This document shows, piece after piece, positions 13,911-25,700 of a DNA stretch of 64,000 bases. The translations under genes and the position numbers were made by a program. The notes beneath the pieces were generated by a model. The model worked only from the letters and a program-made list of their open reading frames with translations. It made no database searches and was not told the DNA's origin. The stretch's first letter is position 1, and each line of letters opens with the position of its first letter. The DNA is from Schmidtea nova (lineage: Eukaryota): the NCBI GenBank assembly GCA_044892505.1, contig CM097883.1, forward strand, positions 256,060,001 to 256,124,000, written 5' to 3'.

Positions 13911-14387
13911 TTATCCATCTTCGGTCATTTTTCCCCGATACGAAAATATCGATTTAATTTGCAAATTTGTGTGGATTCCTGGGCTATTGGACGAGGCTTG
14001 CTGGAAGCGGATTCTCTCAGCTTCTCGAAGGGGTCGTATGGCTGTATTGAACTTGAACCCCAATTCCTTGAAGGTAGAGGCTGGAATGAACCCCCAATAA
14101 ATGACACATTTCGGGAATCCTCCTTTGTCCAACATCAGGATGAACCAGGCGGCGTGCCATGATTCGAATTCCTCATCTGGAATGATTGGCCAACTAGCGC
14201 ATCCCCGGTACCATACGTGGTGCCGTGGATGGTCCCATACTGTAAATGGACAGGCGGTTTCGAGCTCTCGGCGCCATGCCCACATCTTTTGATGGATTTG
14301 CTGTAAAATCTCGAAAGGAGCCGGCTTTAATGGGCTAACTCGGGCTCGTTCTTGTCGTTTTTTGATAGTGTATCTATGCTTAGTCAT
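13911..14387 (-). CDS. LTR-encoded ORF-A (158 aa), Trp-rich, unknown function; 3' LTR copy
   Basis: ATG-initiated GC-richer island. TTCAG lies 15 nt upstream and AATAAA downstream. No family recognised. Confidence 0.55.
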   Translation of the reverse strand: MTKHRYTIKKRQERARVSPLKPAPFEILQQIHQKMWAWRRELETACPFTVWDHPRHHVWYRGCASWPIIPDEEFESWHAAWFILMLDKGGFPKCVIYWGFIPASTFKELGFKFNTAIRPLREAERIRFQQASSNSPGIHTNLQIKSIFSYRGKMTEDG

Positions 14388-15236
14388 GATTCCAAAACGA
14401 TGCTGAATTTTATAATAGTTACAATTTACATCAATAATTAATCATAGTAAATGTTATCTCTCATCGTGATATCTTTATTATTTGCCTACCCCTTAGACCT
14501 TAACTGAAATCAAGGGAAAACTGCTGTTCGTTACGGTATGCATTACTCTCGTATCTACCTAGATTTATCTGTTTACGATCAATATTATAGTCGAAAAATT
14601 GGTGATTTGTCTGCTTGGATTTTCAAAATATTGATGCCTCAAAACGGAAGCTCTCTCACGTCATGTATCCCTAGCTTATTCGAAAAACGCTCTTTTGTAT
14701 CAAATGCAGTCGACATAATTTTTCTAAGGTTTATTAGACGTTTGTTAAACAGCTGTGCTGTGGTGAGGGTGAAAAATTGTGCCTCCTCCCGGTTAACAAA
14801 TTCTTTCATATCTTTAAGCTTTATCAAAAAATTATCGTCCCCTCTGTAGCTAAAATGATCGGAAAATAATTCCCCGGATTTGTTGGGTGTCCCATGTGCA
14901 AATCTCAACCATTACTAATAAAATTATGTTTTGTTATTTATTACTTTACCGTGTGTGGAGCCCTCGAGCACCACGCCACGGACGGACACCTTGGGAACCT
15001 AAAGCTCCCAACGGCGCAAGATTAATAAGATAGTTTAAATAGTTCAAATATAACATAAATCATAATGAGATAACTAATAAATTATAATATGATAATGACA
15101 TATGAATACAACGATATCAAATAATAAACGCAAATATACCAAAAATACCTCAATTGAATTCTGAAAATTTATTGATCAAAATCGGTCTAAACGGTGATCG
15201 TCGTCGGGGCAATGTGCAATCTAATGTGAATTATTA

Positions 15237-15360
15237 GTCTGAACACAAGTCTAAGTTTTTTGCAAAGTCTAAATTTCAGTCTCAAACAAAGTCACAAGTC
15301 TAAAATCTATATTCTAACAAAGTCTACTAAAGTCAAGGATCTAGTCTACCAAAGTCTGAT
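15237..15360. promoter_or_regulatory. Cluster of ~10 (A/T/C)AGTC(T/A) motifs in the U3-side part of the LTR (also 40681-40804)
   Basis: AAGTCT-like hexamers recur every ~10-15 bp. An enhancer role is inferred only. Confidence 0.35.
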
Positions 15361-15782
15361 TTTATGAAAAATCTGATCAGTATTTATACTGATCAGTCGT
15401 GTCTAGACTGACCAATCAGGTTTGGCCAGTTTCATGGTGGTTTTTAATTATTGTTTTTGATTCTAATTAATTTTTATTTTTTAGATTGTATTCTTCCTTG
15501 GAGGTCCGGGTTTCAAAAACAATTATTCAATAACAAGTACTTTTATTTGGTTTTAATTATTATTATTTGTATTTTATTTGTTTTTAGATGTCTCCTGGGC
15601 CCGTTAATATCTATAAATTCATTTATTTTTATTTATAGCTTGTACTTAGTTATTCTATATTTTTACTATATTATTCCTTTCTTTTAATAAATAAATATTC
15701 CCCTTTTTACCTTATTTTTCTCTTTTTTGTTTTAATTAATCTACTTTTATTTCACTGTTCCCTCTATTTGGCTGGCCCAACA

Positions 15783-15820
15783 TCACTCGGGGACCCCTAA
15801 AATTGCGTCCCGCAATTAAT
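15783..15820 (-). other. Position of the plus-strand primer (PPT); non-canonical
   Basis: Minus strand reads AATTGCGGGACGCAATTTTAGGGGTCCCCGAGTGA|TGTTGGG. There is no polypurine run; a 7-bp-stem hairpin lies just upstream. Confidence 0.55.
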
Positions 15821-15985
15821 TATACATTTTCCTATATCATCATACATAAAAATTAAGCAGATAAATGTCAATTTACATATACACAAAGAATCACATAAGG
15901 TGATAAGTTTTTATACTTAAGCACAAAGTCATATTATTGTTAATTGTACGTGGATCATACATAAAGTGAATGTAATGTATCAGTT

Positions 15986-16558
15986 TTACACAAGCTCTTT
16001 GATTTCATGATTGGTATTGGATTGGATTGGGGTTCTTCCGCCGATTGTTCGTAGTTCGTAGTGGCTTTGGATTCGGTTTAGGTGTTTTCTCATTCGCTTT
16101 TGGGTTCTGATGTCTTGTATTGTTGTTCGATTCAGGATGACTTGTTTTTGTTTTAGGATCTTCACTCGGTATGATGTTATGAGGATTGTGATCGCGATAA
16201 TGGTCACGCTGAGTGCAAGGATTATTATAATTGCGATGATCCATTTTTCTTGATATTCTATCTCTGCTTGGGCTAAGCTTTTTATGGGTTCTCGACCTTC
16301 TTTTAGGGTTTTTCTGATTGTTTACAATTTGATTCGATGTTCATATAGGACCTGTTGAAATTTTTCATCGTTTGGGTTGTCTGATGTTATCTGTTGAAGT
16401 TGGGTGATTTCTTGTGTTGCTTCGCTGATTAGTTTATCTAGTTCTTGATAGGTTTTCTCGGGTAGGGCTCGTAGCTCCTTCTCTGTGAGTTGAAGATCTT
16501 CTCTTTGTAGGGTGATTGTTATTAGGTATAGGAATATCGGTATTCTGAGCTTTTTCAT
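15986..16558 (-). pseudogene. Accessory type-I membrane protein (~190 codons) with one in-frame TAA
   Basis: ORFs 16322-16558 and 15986-16207 share a frame: signal-like MKKLRIPIFLYLITITL, coiled-coil, RIKL*TIRK, TM WIIAIIIILALSVTIIAITILI, basic tail. Confidence 0.7.
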
Positions 16559-16639
16559 ACTGTTTCTTTACAGATAGGTCAATACAATTTGACACTACAT
16601 TTCATACAATTATTTACAGAAATATATTTTCCGCTTTAT

Positions 16640-17701
16640 TTACACAATCGTCTCGTTCGGTTCGTAGAAACCTTCGTCCTGAAGCTCTACTTGGTTCGTG
16701 GGGAGTGGTATCCAAACAACCCTGCTCCTCCACATTTCGACTTCATCTCGATACATGTGAGATATCTGGATCTCCTCGTCCAGCAAATATTCTAGGTAAT
16801 TTGCTTGTTCTGTTAATGTTTCTATTTGCTTCTCTAATTCGATTACTTTTGTCTTTTGTTCGTCTTCTTTCGTCATTTTTGTTACGGCTGCCGTTATACT
16901 TGCTTCTTTGGGTATTACTGATACTGTTACTCGTTTCTGTTTCAATTCTTCGTTTTCTTTCATCAGATTCGTTAAATTTTCCTCATAACTTTGTTTCTCT
17001 TCCTTTAACCTTTCTCTGGTTCTTTTTAGCTCTATTTTCTTCTGGGTAATCACTCCTTAGTAACCATTTATATCTCTCTTCATCTCTTCTTCTTTCTGAT
17101 TCCATATTCCGTTGAGCATAATCTTCAGTTGTTCTTGATTAGCTAGTTCTTCTCCCATTCTTTGAACTTGATAGGTTAGTCCTTTAATTTTCTTTGCTTG
17201 TTCCCGGATAAATTGCTGTCTCTTTGTATTCCATCTTTTATTCAACACTTCTTGGTGTATTTTCTGTTCTAACTCGTCTTTTAATTCGTCGATCTCTTTA
17301 TATAATTTCCAGTCATCACTATAAGCTGTCTTTTCTATTATTTCCCTAGCTTTTTCGTAAGATTCTTTCGCTTCTTTCTTCCAGTATCTTGCTTGTTCTG
17401 TAATCGAATATATCTTGTGTTCGGCTTCCATCTGCTGTCTGTCTCTTTCCTCTCGTCGCTCTTTCATCATTCTCTGGTAATATTCCTTTTGTTGTTGTAG
17501 CATTTTGTATACTTCTTCTATTTTTTCTCGATTTCTTTGACTTGATCTTTCCGCTTCTTTTAATAATTCGGCTTGTCTCTCTTTCTCCTCTTGCTTTCCA
17601 TAATATGCATTGACCCATATTTCAATCTGTTCTAGATGATCGCTAATCGCTTCTGCTTGATGCATCGTAATTTCCTGTAAGCATACTTCGATATTTCCCA
17701 T
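16640..17701 (-). CDS. Accessory long coiled-coil protein(s): 214 aa + 137 aa in one frame, separated by one TAA
   Basis: ...GGT TAC TAA GGA GTG ATT... at 17057-17059. E/K/Q/R heptad-rich throughout. Poly-T tract and TTATAG precede the ATG. Confidence 0.7.
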
Positions 17702-17817
17702 TGCTATAATTTCAGAAAAAAAAAAATTTTAATCGGTTTATATATCAGTTATTTTTGTTTATATAATAATTTTTGGGTATTTAACTGTACATATTATTTA
17801 CATGATCACTTTTCTTG

Positions 17818-19200
17818 TTACGTCAACCATCCTTTTCTATCCGCTTTCTCATTCCTTTCCATTTCTATGTATAGGGTGTCTGCATATAATCGTTCCCATA
17901 GGCTTTCTTTTGTTATAAACATCGGTTCTCCCGCTGCTAATCCACATTCTGTGGTTGGTTTCTCGCTCGTACTCGCATGTTTCTCTGTCTCAAAGAATTT
18001 TTCCACTGGTTTTGTTACACTTCTGATTCTTACAATGACTCCTACTTTCAAGGGCCATTCTACTAGGTCGTCGTATTCCCCTTTACATAGCGAGAAAAAT
18101 ATTGACACATGTGTTCCTCGTCCTCTTCCGTCTCCATTTGGGTATAGCTTCAATCTCACTTTAGCTCCGTTTCTCCATAAATAAAATGGTGGGCTTATTA
18201 CTGCTGTTTTCGTCATATTTCTGGCCTCTGTTAATTTGTCTCTAAAATCTGTCACTTTCCACACATATGGTGCGATTGGTAACTTTTCCTCGGTATCCTG
18301 GGTGAGTTTGTTGTACTGGATTTTCATTCCTTTAGCCAATTCTTCGATAGCTTTTATCTTTCCCTCCATCTTTTCTCGTGTTAGTTCGAATTGCTCTCTG
18401 GTTTCCAACAGTAGGTTTACCATTATCTTGTGTGACTCTATTTCTCTTTCTAATTTTGTGATTGTTTGTTCGGTTTCTTTTGTTGCTTCGTTTGTCATTT
18501 CCGCATGCTTTAGCAATGCTTCCTCCAGATGTTGTTTCATGGTTTGTTGCGTTCTTTTCTCCATACATCCCTGTTTGTTATAAGGACATTCCCTTGGTTT
18601 CTCCGTGCACACTTTCCAATGTTCTTGTAATTTTACTTCTACCGTTATCTCGCATTCGTTTGAACATATTCCTACATATTGTCTACATACTTTCTCCTCT
18701 TTTACATTCAGGTGTTCTTCTTCGATCTTTCTCCTCGTTTCTCGAGTTCCACAATATTCGCATAGACTTTCCTCTTCTTTACATTCATCTTTGTGCTGCT
18801 CTTTATTCTTTATAGTTATCTTTTGTTGGCATTTGTTACATTCAGTTCTCTTCTCTTCGCAGTTCTCCAGATGGTTCTCGAGATCGCGTATTTGTCCTTG
18901 CCATATACATGGTTGATTTATACATTCGGTTTTCGTGTTCATGATTTCTCTCTGAGTTGCTCTATCTGGTCCGGTTTCTTTGAATTTTATTTGTCCTTCT
19001 TTGCATTCTGGACATTCTGGTGGTCTTTTCATACTTAACTCGTGTATGCATTTGGTACATACTCTGCATCCGCATAGGGTTTGTCTTGGTTTCAATATTA
19101 TGTTTTTACAATTTACACAAGTGAGTCTCTGACTCCATTTCCTGTTCTCGGCTCTCAAAATTTCGATTATCCGCTCTTCGGCTTTTCCTTCTGTATTCAT
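17818..19200 (-). CDS. TRAF: Intronless TRAF-family protein (RING, TRAF zinc fingers, coiled-coil, MATH/TRAF-C), 460 aa
   Basis: CVNC...CGCRVCTKC...CPEC RING; CINQPCIWQGQIRDLENHLENC and ECPYNKQGC zinc fingers; YVWKVTDF...SPPFY...LKLYPNGDGRGRGTHVSIFF...GEYDDLVEWP MATH signature. Confidence 0.95.
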   Translation of the reverse strand: MNTEGKAEERIIEILRAENRKWSQRLTCVNCKNIILKPRQTLCGCRVCTKCIHELSMKRPPECPECKEGQIKFKETGPDRATQREIMNTKTECINQPCIWQGQIRDLENHLENCEEKRTECNKCQQKITIKNKEQHKDECKEEESLCEYCGTRETRRKIEEEHLNVKEEKVCRQYVGICSNECEITVEVKLQEHWKVCTEKPRECPYNKQGCMEKRTQQTMKQHLEEALLKHAEMTNEATKETEQTITKLEREIESHKIMVNLLLETREQFELTREKMEGKIKAIEELAKGMKIQYNKLTQDTEEKLPIAPYVWKVTDFRDKLTEARNMTKTAVISPPFYLWRNGAKVRLKLYPNGDGRGRGTHVSIFFSLCKGEYDDLVEWPLKVGVIVRIRSVTKPVEKFFETEKHASTSEKPTTECGLAAGEPMFITKESLWERLYADTLYIEMERNEKADRKGWLT

Positions 19201-19291
19201 TCTACAATGATATATACACTTGATTTGTTATCTATTTTTTGATTTTTCTTGTTTTTGTTTTTACATATTTACAATTTTTCGCTTTATTTAT

Positions 19292-19648
19292 CTACGGCCC
19301 GTTTGTTGAATCTGGTTCTGGGTCATTTTCTGATCTGTTTATTGCCCAATTTGTCCATCCATCCTCTGCTTCTTCTGTCTCTCCCATTGTTAAACGGTCT
19401 ATCTCTATTGCTTGTCTCTGATTTATGTCGCTCATCACTTGATTCTCTCTGGTAAGTTGCGTTATCAATCTCTGTTGCTCCTCGATTCTGTGGAGTTGTT
19501 CAAAACTATTATTATAACTTTCGGATAACAAATTCTGTTTCTCAATTAACTGATTTTGTAGTGAGTTGATTGTTCGTATTAACATGTCACACTGGGCTTT
19601 CCATCGCATAGCCATAGTAGTTTCTGCTATTTCTTCCTGTTCGTTCAT
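19292..19648 (-). CDS. Accessory coiled-coil protein (118 aa)
   Basis: ATG preceded by TTTAG-AAA; Q/E-rich heptads; element-like codon usage. Confidence 0.6.
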   Translation of the reverse strand: MNEQEEIAETTMAMRWKAQCDMLIRTINSLQNQLIEKQNLLSESYNNSFEQLHRIEEQQRLITQLTRENQVMSDINQRQAIEIDRLTMGETEEAEDGWTNWAINRSENDPEPDSTNGP

Positions 19649-19773
19649 TTTCTAAATTATATACATTAATCGTTTTCTCGATTTCTCTTTTTATATTTTT
19701 ATAATATCGATACCCATACTATTACGGTAATGCATTGTTATTTACACTATTATTTACAGTCATATCCCGCCTC

Positions 19774-22700
19774 CTATATCACCATCACTGTCTTTCCTTC
19801 GTATCGCTCTTCATCTTCTATTTGTCTCCAAAATTCTTTACCTTTCGTCCTCCTTTGGAATTCTTTCTGTACTTCTTCCGGTAATTCTATACTGTAGTTC
19901 ATAATCTTTATATCTGGCCAATGTGTTATTGGTTTCTTGTTGAATACATCATATATCCATATTATTAATAATACTGTTATTACTGGAATAGTTGCTGCTA
20001 GTATTCCTAGACCAAATAGTTCTCTAACTTGTTTGTTTACGTCCATCTTCGTAATTTCACTCTGGTTAATCATTGGTCCGTATTGTCCCTTTAGTTTAGT
20101 TAGTAGTTGTTCTCGTTCTTGTTGTTTTCTTTTAACTTCTTTAATTACTTCTTCCGGCGTCCATCTTGCGTAAGGGTCTATTACTACTTGTTCTGCGTCC
20201 ATTCGTTTCGTTGTCTGACTTAATTCTTTAAATTCGAGTTTTCTCACTTTCCCTTTGGACGTTGAGTTTACCGGTGTGTAGTACGTTTCGCATCTTTCCT
20301 GCTGATTTCCCAGTATGTCCGTCTTTTCTATCGCACATATCTCGTATTCGCTATTGAATTTCAGATTTCTGATACTTATTTCCTCTTTTCCTTTTACGTT
20401 TTCGCAGTATCGTGGCTGTCTTTCTTTTTGTTCCTGAACTACTGCCCAACATATTTCTAACGTTTTATTGTCTATTCTCCATAGTATAAGAGTTGCTGTA
20501 GTATTCTTTTCGGTTTTTATTTGTATTTCTTGGTTTTTCTGTTGTCCATTAGGTTTAAAAGTAGTGGTATACCTCGTTTTTCCTTTGTTCCGTTGTCTTC
20601 TGCTTTTTCGCGTTGTCTTTCCAATTCTTGTTCTGGTGGGTGTTTTATATATTTTGCATTCCAGTTCATTTACTGTTATTTTGTCGCTCTTCCTGATCAG
20701 GCATATTTCGTACGTTTGATTACTTTCTAACCCTTCTATCTGTATTGTGGTTGTTCCTCTGTTTGTTCGACATTGCGGCGGTGTATTCTGGTTTGTTTTC
20801 TTTTCCTGCTTCTTCCAGCATACGCCTTTGACGTCCGGTTCTATTCCGGTTAACTCTAACATTATAGTTGTTCTCCGTTTGGTGCGTTTATTTCTTCTTC
20901 CTCGTCGTATGAACTTTATTGTTTCCCCAGGTTGAAATGTTTTACAAATTGTCGTTCCTTTCTTGTGTCTTTCTTTTTCTAGTAAACATAGTTCATACGT
21001 CCTGTCTGCTTTTACTTCTGATATCTTGGTTACTTTATTTGTTTTCCTTTTCCGACTCGTCTTTATTTCGCTTACGCCAATTTCTTCGTTGCTTCTGGCC
21101 CAACACTTTGGGTTGGTGTTTTGGGTGTCGTTCATCTCTGTTACTGCCATTGTGTCAATGTCTATCCCTTCTTCTAACCGTTTTAACATTGTTAATATGA
21201 GTGCTAAACATAGTAATTCTGTTTGGTAGGTCACTCTTTCAGTTTCATTTGTGGTTACTCTTACTTCGGGCCTGTCTATGGTAATTTGTATAGTTGGCGT
21301 TGTTCGTCTGTCTATTGTCTGAGGTTTCTTGTTTTTTGTTCCTTGTGTCTCTGTTCTTCCACACTTTCCTACGACATAGTCTCCTTTGGATGACTGCTGT
21401 ACTGTTATGGTTACTTTGGGTGTTAGGTAATTTGCACATGCAATTGTCTTATGTGATCTCGGATCCTTTGGTTTCCGAACGGTGCACATTCTGTACCAAG
21501 TATCTAGCTCTAGGTCATCGATCTCTATGATTTCTTGTTCGTATTCTGAGATCCTGCAATCCATTGGACTATTTTGTCCCGAGATTTTGTCCTTTTTTGA
21601 CCAACATACTCGTTCGATTCCTTTTGCGTTTCCAATTTGTATTGTCGCTCTTTCTTCACATATCATTCCTTGAGTGGGACTAATTAAGGTCATGATTACC
21701 GTTAGTAATAATAGTTCTGGTTTAAAGAATGGGTTTATTGTTTGTTTGTAGCCTGTTCTTTTTACTTCGTTTTTATTTTTATAGTTGTTGTTTCTTTGTT
21801 TCCCAAATTCATTTTTCTTATCATTTTTCTCTGTGTCCCTTCCTTTCTCTTCACTGTCCTCTTTATCTGATAACTCATGATCCTCTGGATTTTCTCGAGT
21901 ACTATCGTCGTCGTTTCCTGTATTGTCGCCTCCCCTTTGGTCGTTGAAAATGTCGTCCTCGACATTAATTGCTTCTATCATTTTTTCATACGTTATGGTT
22001 GTGAGTATACTTGCTTCGTATTCTTGTGTTTCTGCCTGCTTAGGTATTTCCTTATCGGTTAATTTACAATCTAGAATCTCTTTCTTGGCTTTTATCCAAT
22101 TATTGAGGTACGTTTTCATTAGTTCTTTCCATTTGTCCGTACGTTCTGTTTCCTTTGGGTTGTTTGTGAATCGTAAATCTTTTCTTCTCATGAAGATGTC
22201 TATTATCTTTGGCCATTTGTTTATTATTAATGCACACTTTATATATAAATTCTGGCCTTGTTCCATGAACTCGTTGATCCTGAATGCTGGTTCATTGGTG
22301 TTTGGGTTCATCCAATTGAGTATTGCTTCGGTTAGTTCAGCGTTATGCATCATGAAATGTACGCTAGCTTTTTTAACCGTCCTTGTAAGATATTCTATTT
22401 CCTCCTGATTTGTGATTGTTTTTATAAAATTTATCACCTCCCAATTGTGCGCTAACAACGCTACGTCTAGTATTGAGCTGTCTTTGTTAGTTCTTCCCAT
22501 GAGTCCTGCACCTGCTTCGTACAGTTCCTGTAACACTCGGGTTTTTGTGTTCGCTCTTGCTGCGAATATCATGAGGGTATCTCCCTTTTTATCTTTCCTG
22601 TTCATGTCACTTCCGCAATCTTGCATCAACCGTGCAATTTCGACTACCCTCCTATCTTTTCCTGCTCGTAAGGCTCTATGTATTGGCAATACTCCATTCT

Positions 22701-25700
22701 TTGTTAATAAGAAAGTCACTGGCATTTCTCTTTTTATGATCATCATATCGTTTTCATTGTAAGTTCCTTCCGCATATGCGCGTACCTTTTCCACAATTGC
22801 TCCGAGTATCTCCAGTGTATGTTTAGAATTTTCGAATTCTGGTAATAGTTCTTTTGCTTTGTCCTGTATCGCATCTAACCTTTCTTGATATGGTACTTCT
22901 GCGCTGAAAAGTGGTGTAAATTTCCTTTTGCTTTCTCTTTCCTTTCGACATAGGAATTGTTTGCATTTTTCGGGGTGGTTTAATATGTCTATTAGTTTGT
23001 CATACTCCTCCTCCACCGTTTTGTATTTGTCTTGAAAATTGGATATATCTTTGTAAGTTATCGACTTGGTTAGCGATTTTGCACACCATTCCCTAATATT
23101 ACTGAATAATGCTTCTTTTTCACTTTCGAATTTATACTCCTCTTTGTTTTTGGAAATTGTGATATTTCTTCTGTCCAATACTATTAACAGTGTTTTCTGA
23201 TCACAAACTAATTTTAATAGGAATTGTAATAACGCGTTTTGTCCTTCACTGTATACCTCGTTTATATTTAATACCCATGTATCATTTTCGGATCTTTTCC
23301 ACTTTATTAGCTTGCGTATTGTTTTGCAGTTACCGATTTTTTTTGCCTCCTTGATTATATCACCTTTGATCAGTTCGTCTATTTCCCAAGTGGCCTTCTC
23401 GATTATTTGTTTGAGCATTATCTGATTTGAGCTCCATATTGCGTGATTCAAGACTGTTTTGTTTTCTCTATCGCGTTCCGTCCAGTTGAAATCGGCATTT
23501 ATCAAAAGGTCTATTATTGCTTTATCCGATTTGTAGATGGCTGCTACCATTAATGGTGTTTCTTGTTCGCTATTCCCAAAACCAAGGTGTTGGTTTGTTT
23601 CCTTAGCGATTTTTAGAAATTCTTTTACTCTCTCTACTTCTCCCCATTTTATGGCGTTATGTAATGCTGGTTGTCCTCCTATGTCTTCTAGTGAAAGTAT
23701 TTCTGGAATTTTTTCCAGTAGTTCTGAAATGACTGGTTTTGTTGGTAGTCCCCTTGCGTAATCACTAATTATCGACTGAATATCTCTTAATATATCGTCT
23801 CTGACATGCCATTTTCCCATTATTTCTCTGGCTTTTAGTACAATTTCCTTGTTTCTTTTTTCTTGTTGCTTGTTTTCTGCTTCGGTACTTTCATCGGTTG
23901 CTCTGAGCATATTTATCCTGGCTGTCTGGGATCTTGTTATTATTCGTTCTTCTGGCACTGTGGTTATTGTTTTTGGTACTTTCTTACATCTGCATGTATT
24001 AACGTATATTGGTCGTATCAATGGTCGATTAACAAGTTTTACCTTCACATTGTTTTCCTTTTTGTATATAACTTCGTAAGGGCCTTTTCCTGGTCGTTGT
24101 AGTTTTTTAACGGTTCCTGGTATTATTTCTGGGGTTTCTATCATTACCCAATCTCCGGGTTTAAGATCATTTGTTTTAACATTTTTCTTTTGATCGTGTA
24201 GGTCCTTGTAACTTTCTTGATAAAACTTTATGTTTAGTTCTGCTGTCTTCCATATCTCTTGCATTCGTTCTTTGAATTTGGTGACGTAATCATCTTCCTC
24301 CATATATTGAGACAAGGGTGGTTGATATTCAAGATCTATTGGCATATTGCATTCCCTTCCATACATTAATTGAAATGGACTCAATTTTGTTGCTGCGTGT
24401 ATCGACATTCGGTATGCCATTAGACATAGCTTTACGTATTCATCCCAATCTGTTTGGTGTTTGCTTACATAATTGGATAACATTCGAATCAATGTGCCGT
24501 TAAATCTTTCCGTTTGTCCGTTGGTTTGCGGATGATATGGTGACGTTCGTAATTTGGCTATTCTGAAGTAATTTGTCACTTCATCTAGTATTTCGCTCAT
24601 AAAATTTGTTCCTTGATCTGTTAGTATTTGTTTCGGGGTTCCGTATCGACAACATATTTCCTCTACTAAAATTCTTGCTACGGTCTTTGCTTTTTGATCC
24701 GGCATCGCAAATGCTTCAGGGAATTTAGTCAAATAATCCGTTATTACCAATATATATTGATTCCCGTTTAAACTTTCTGGCAATGGTCCTATTACATCCA
24801 TCGCAATGGTAGTCATTGGTTCCGCTGGTATTGGCATGGGTTTTAAAGGATTTTTCCATTTCTTCCCACTATCCTTTCTTGTGGCACAAGTTAAACAGTT
24901 CTTTATCCATTCCTTTACGTCTTCGTCCATTGTTGGCCAATAATATTTTTGTCTCATGCGATCTAATGTTTTCTTATTGGACATGTGTCCTCCCAACTTT
25001 CCGTCGTGGTATTGAGTTATTATCTCTTTTCGTCTATTACCTGGCAGACACATTAATCGTTTCTCTCCATCTCGTATTAATAACCATCCTTTTTCTATTG
25101 TGTATCGATGTTGGTATTTCCTCATGTGTTCTTTTAACTCCGCATTGTCTTTGAATACATCCATATTCCGTGAGCTTAGGAATTCTATGATGGGTCTTAG
25201 TTCTTTATCCTCTTGCTGATCTTTCTTCAACTCACTGAAATCCAAATCCTCTGCTATCATTATGCATATTCTTTGCACTTCTGGGTCTGTTAGTTCTGGA
25301 AACGTTAATCTTGACATGCAATCTGCGTTGGCATTCGCTTTTCCTGATTTGAATTTTATATCTGGTGAATATTCTTGTAATTGCATCGCCCATCTCATTA
25401 ATCTGCTGGATGTTTCCTTATGTTGTCCTAGCCATACAAGTGGTTGATGATCTGTGGTTATGCATATAACGTGTCCCCATAATAGATATTTAAAGTGTTT
25501 TATTGCTAATATTATTGCCAATGCTTCTCTTTCCGTTACTGAATAATTCTTCTCGTGTTTCTTGAATGTTCTGCTATAATATCCGATTACCCGCTCTTTT
25601 CCCTCGTCATCATATTGTCCTAACACTGCTCCTGCTGCATATCCACTTGCGTCGGTTGCGAGTAAAAATGGCTTCTTGAAATCCGGGTGAACCAATATTG

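Larger units (their letters stand above)
12436..15782 (-). repeat. 3' LTR (3,347 bp)
   Basis: TGCTGGGATT...GGCCCAACA; direct repeat of 37880-41226. Confidence 0.96.

Noticed and set aside
14991-15011. TAR-like hairpin TTGGGA-N9-TCCCAA in the LTR
   Set aside because: Only a 6-bp stem, and the transcription start is unknown; insufficient support.
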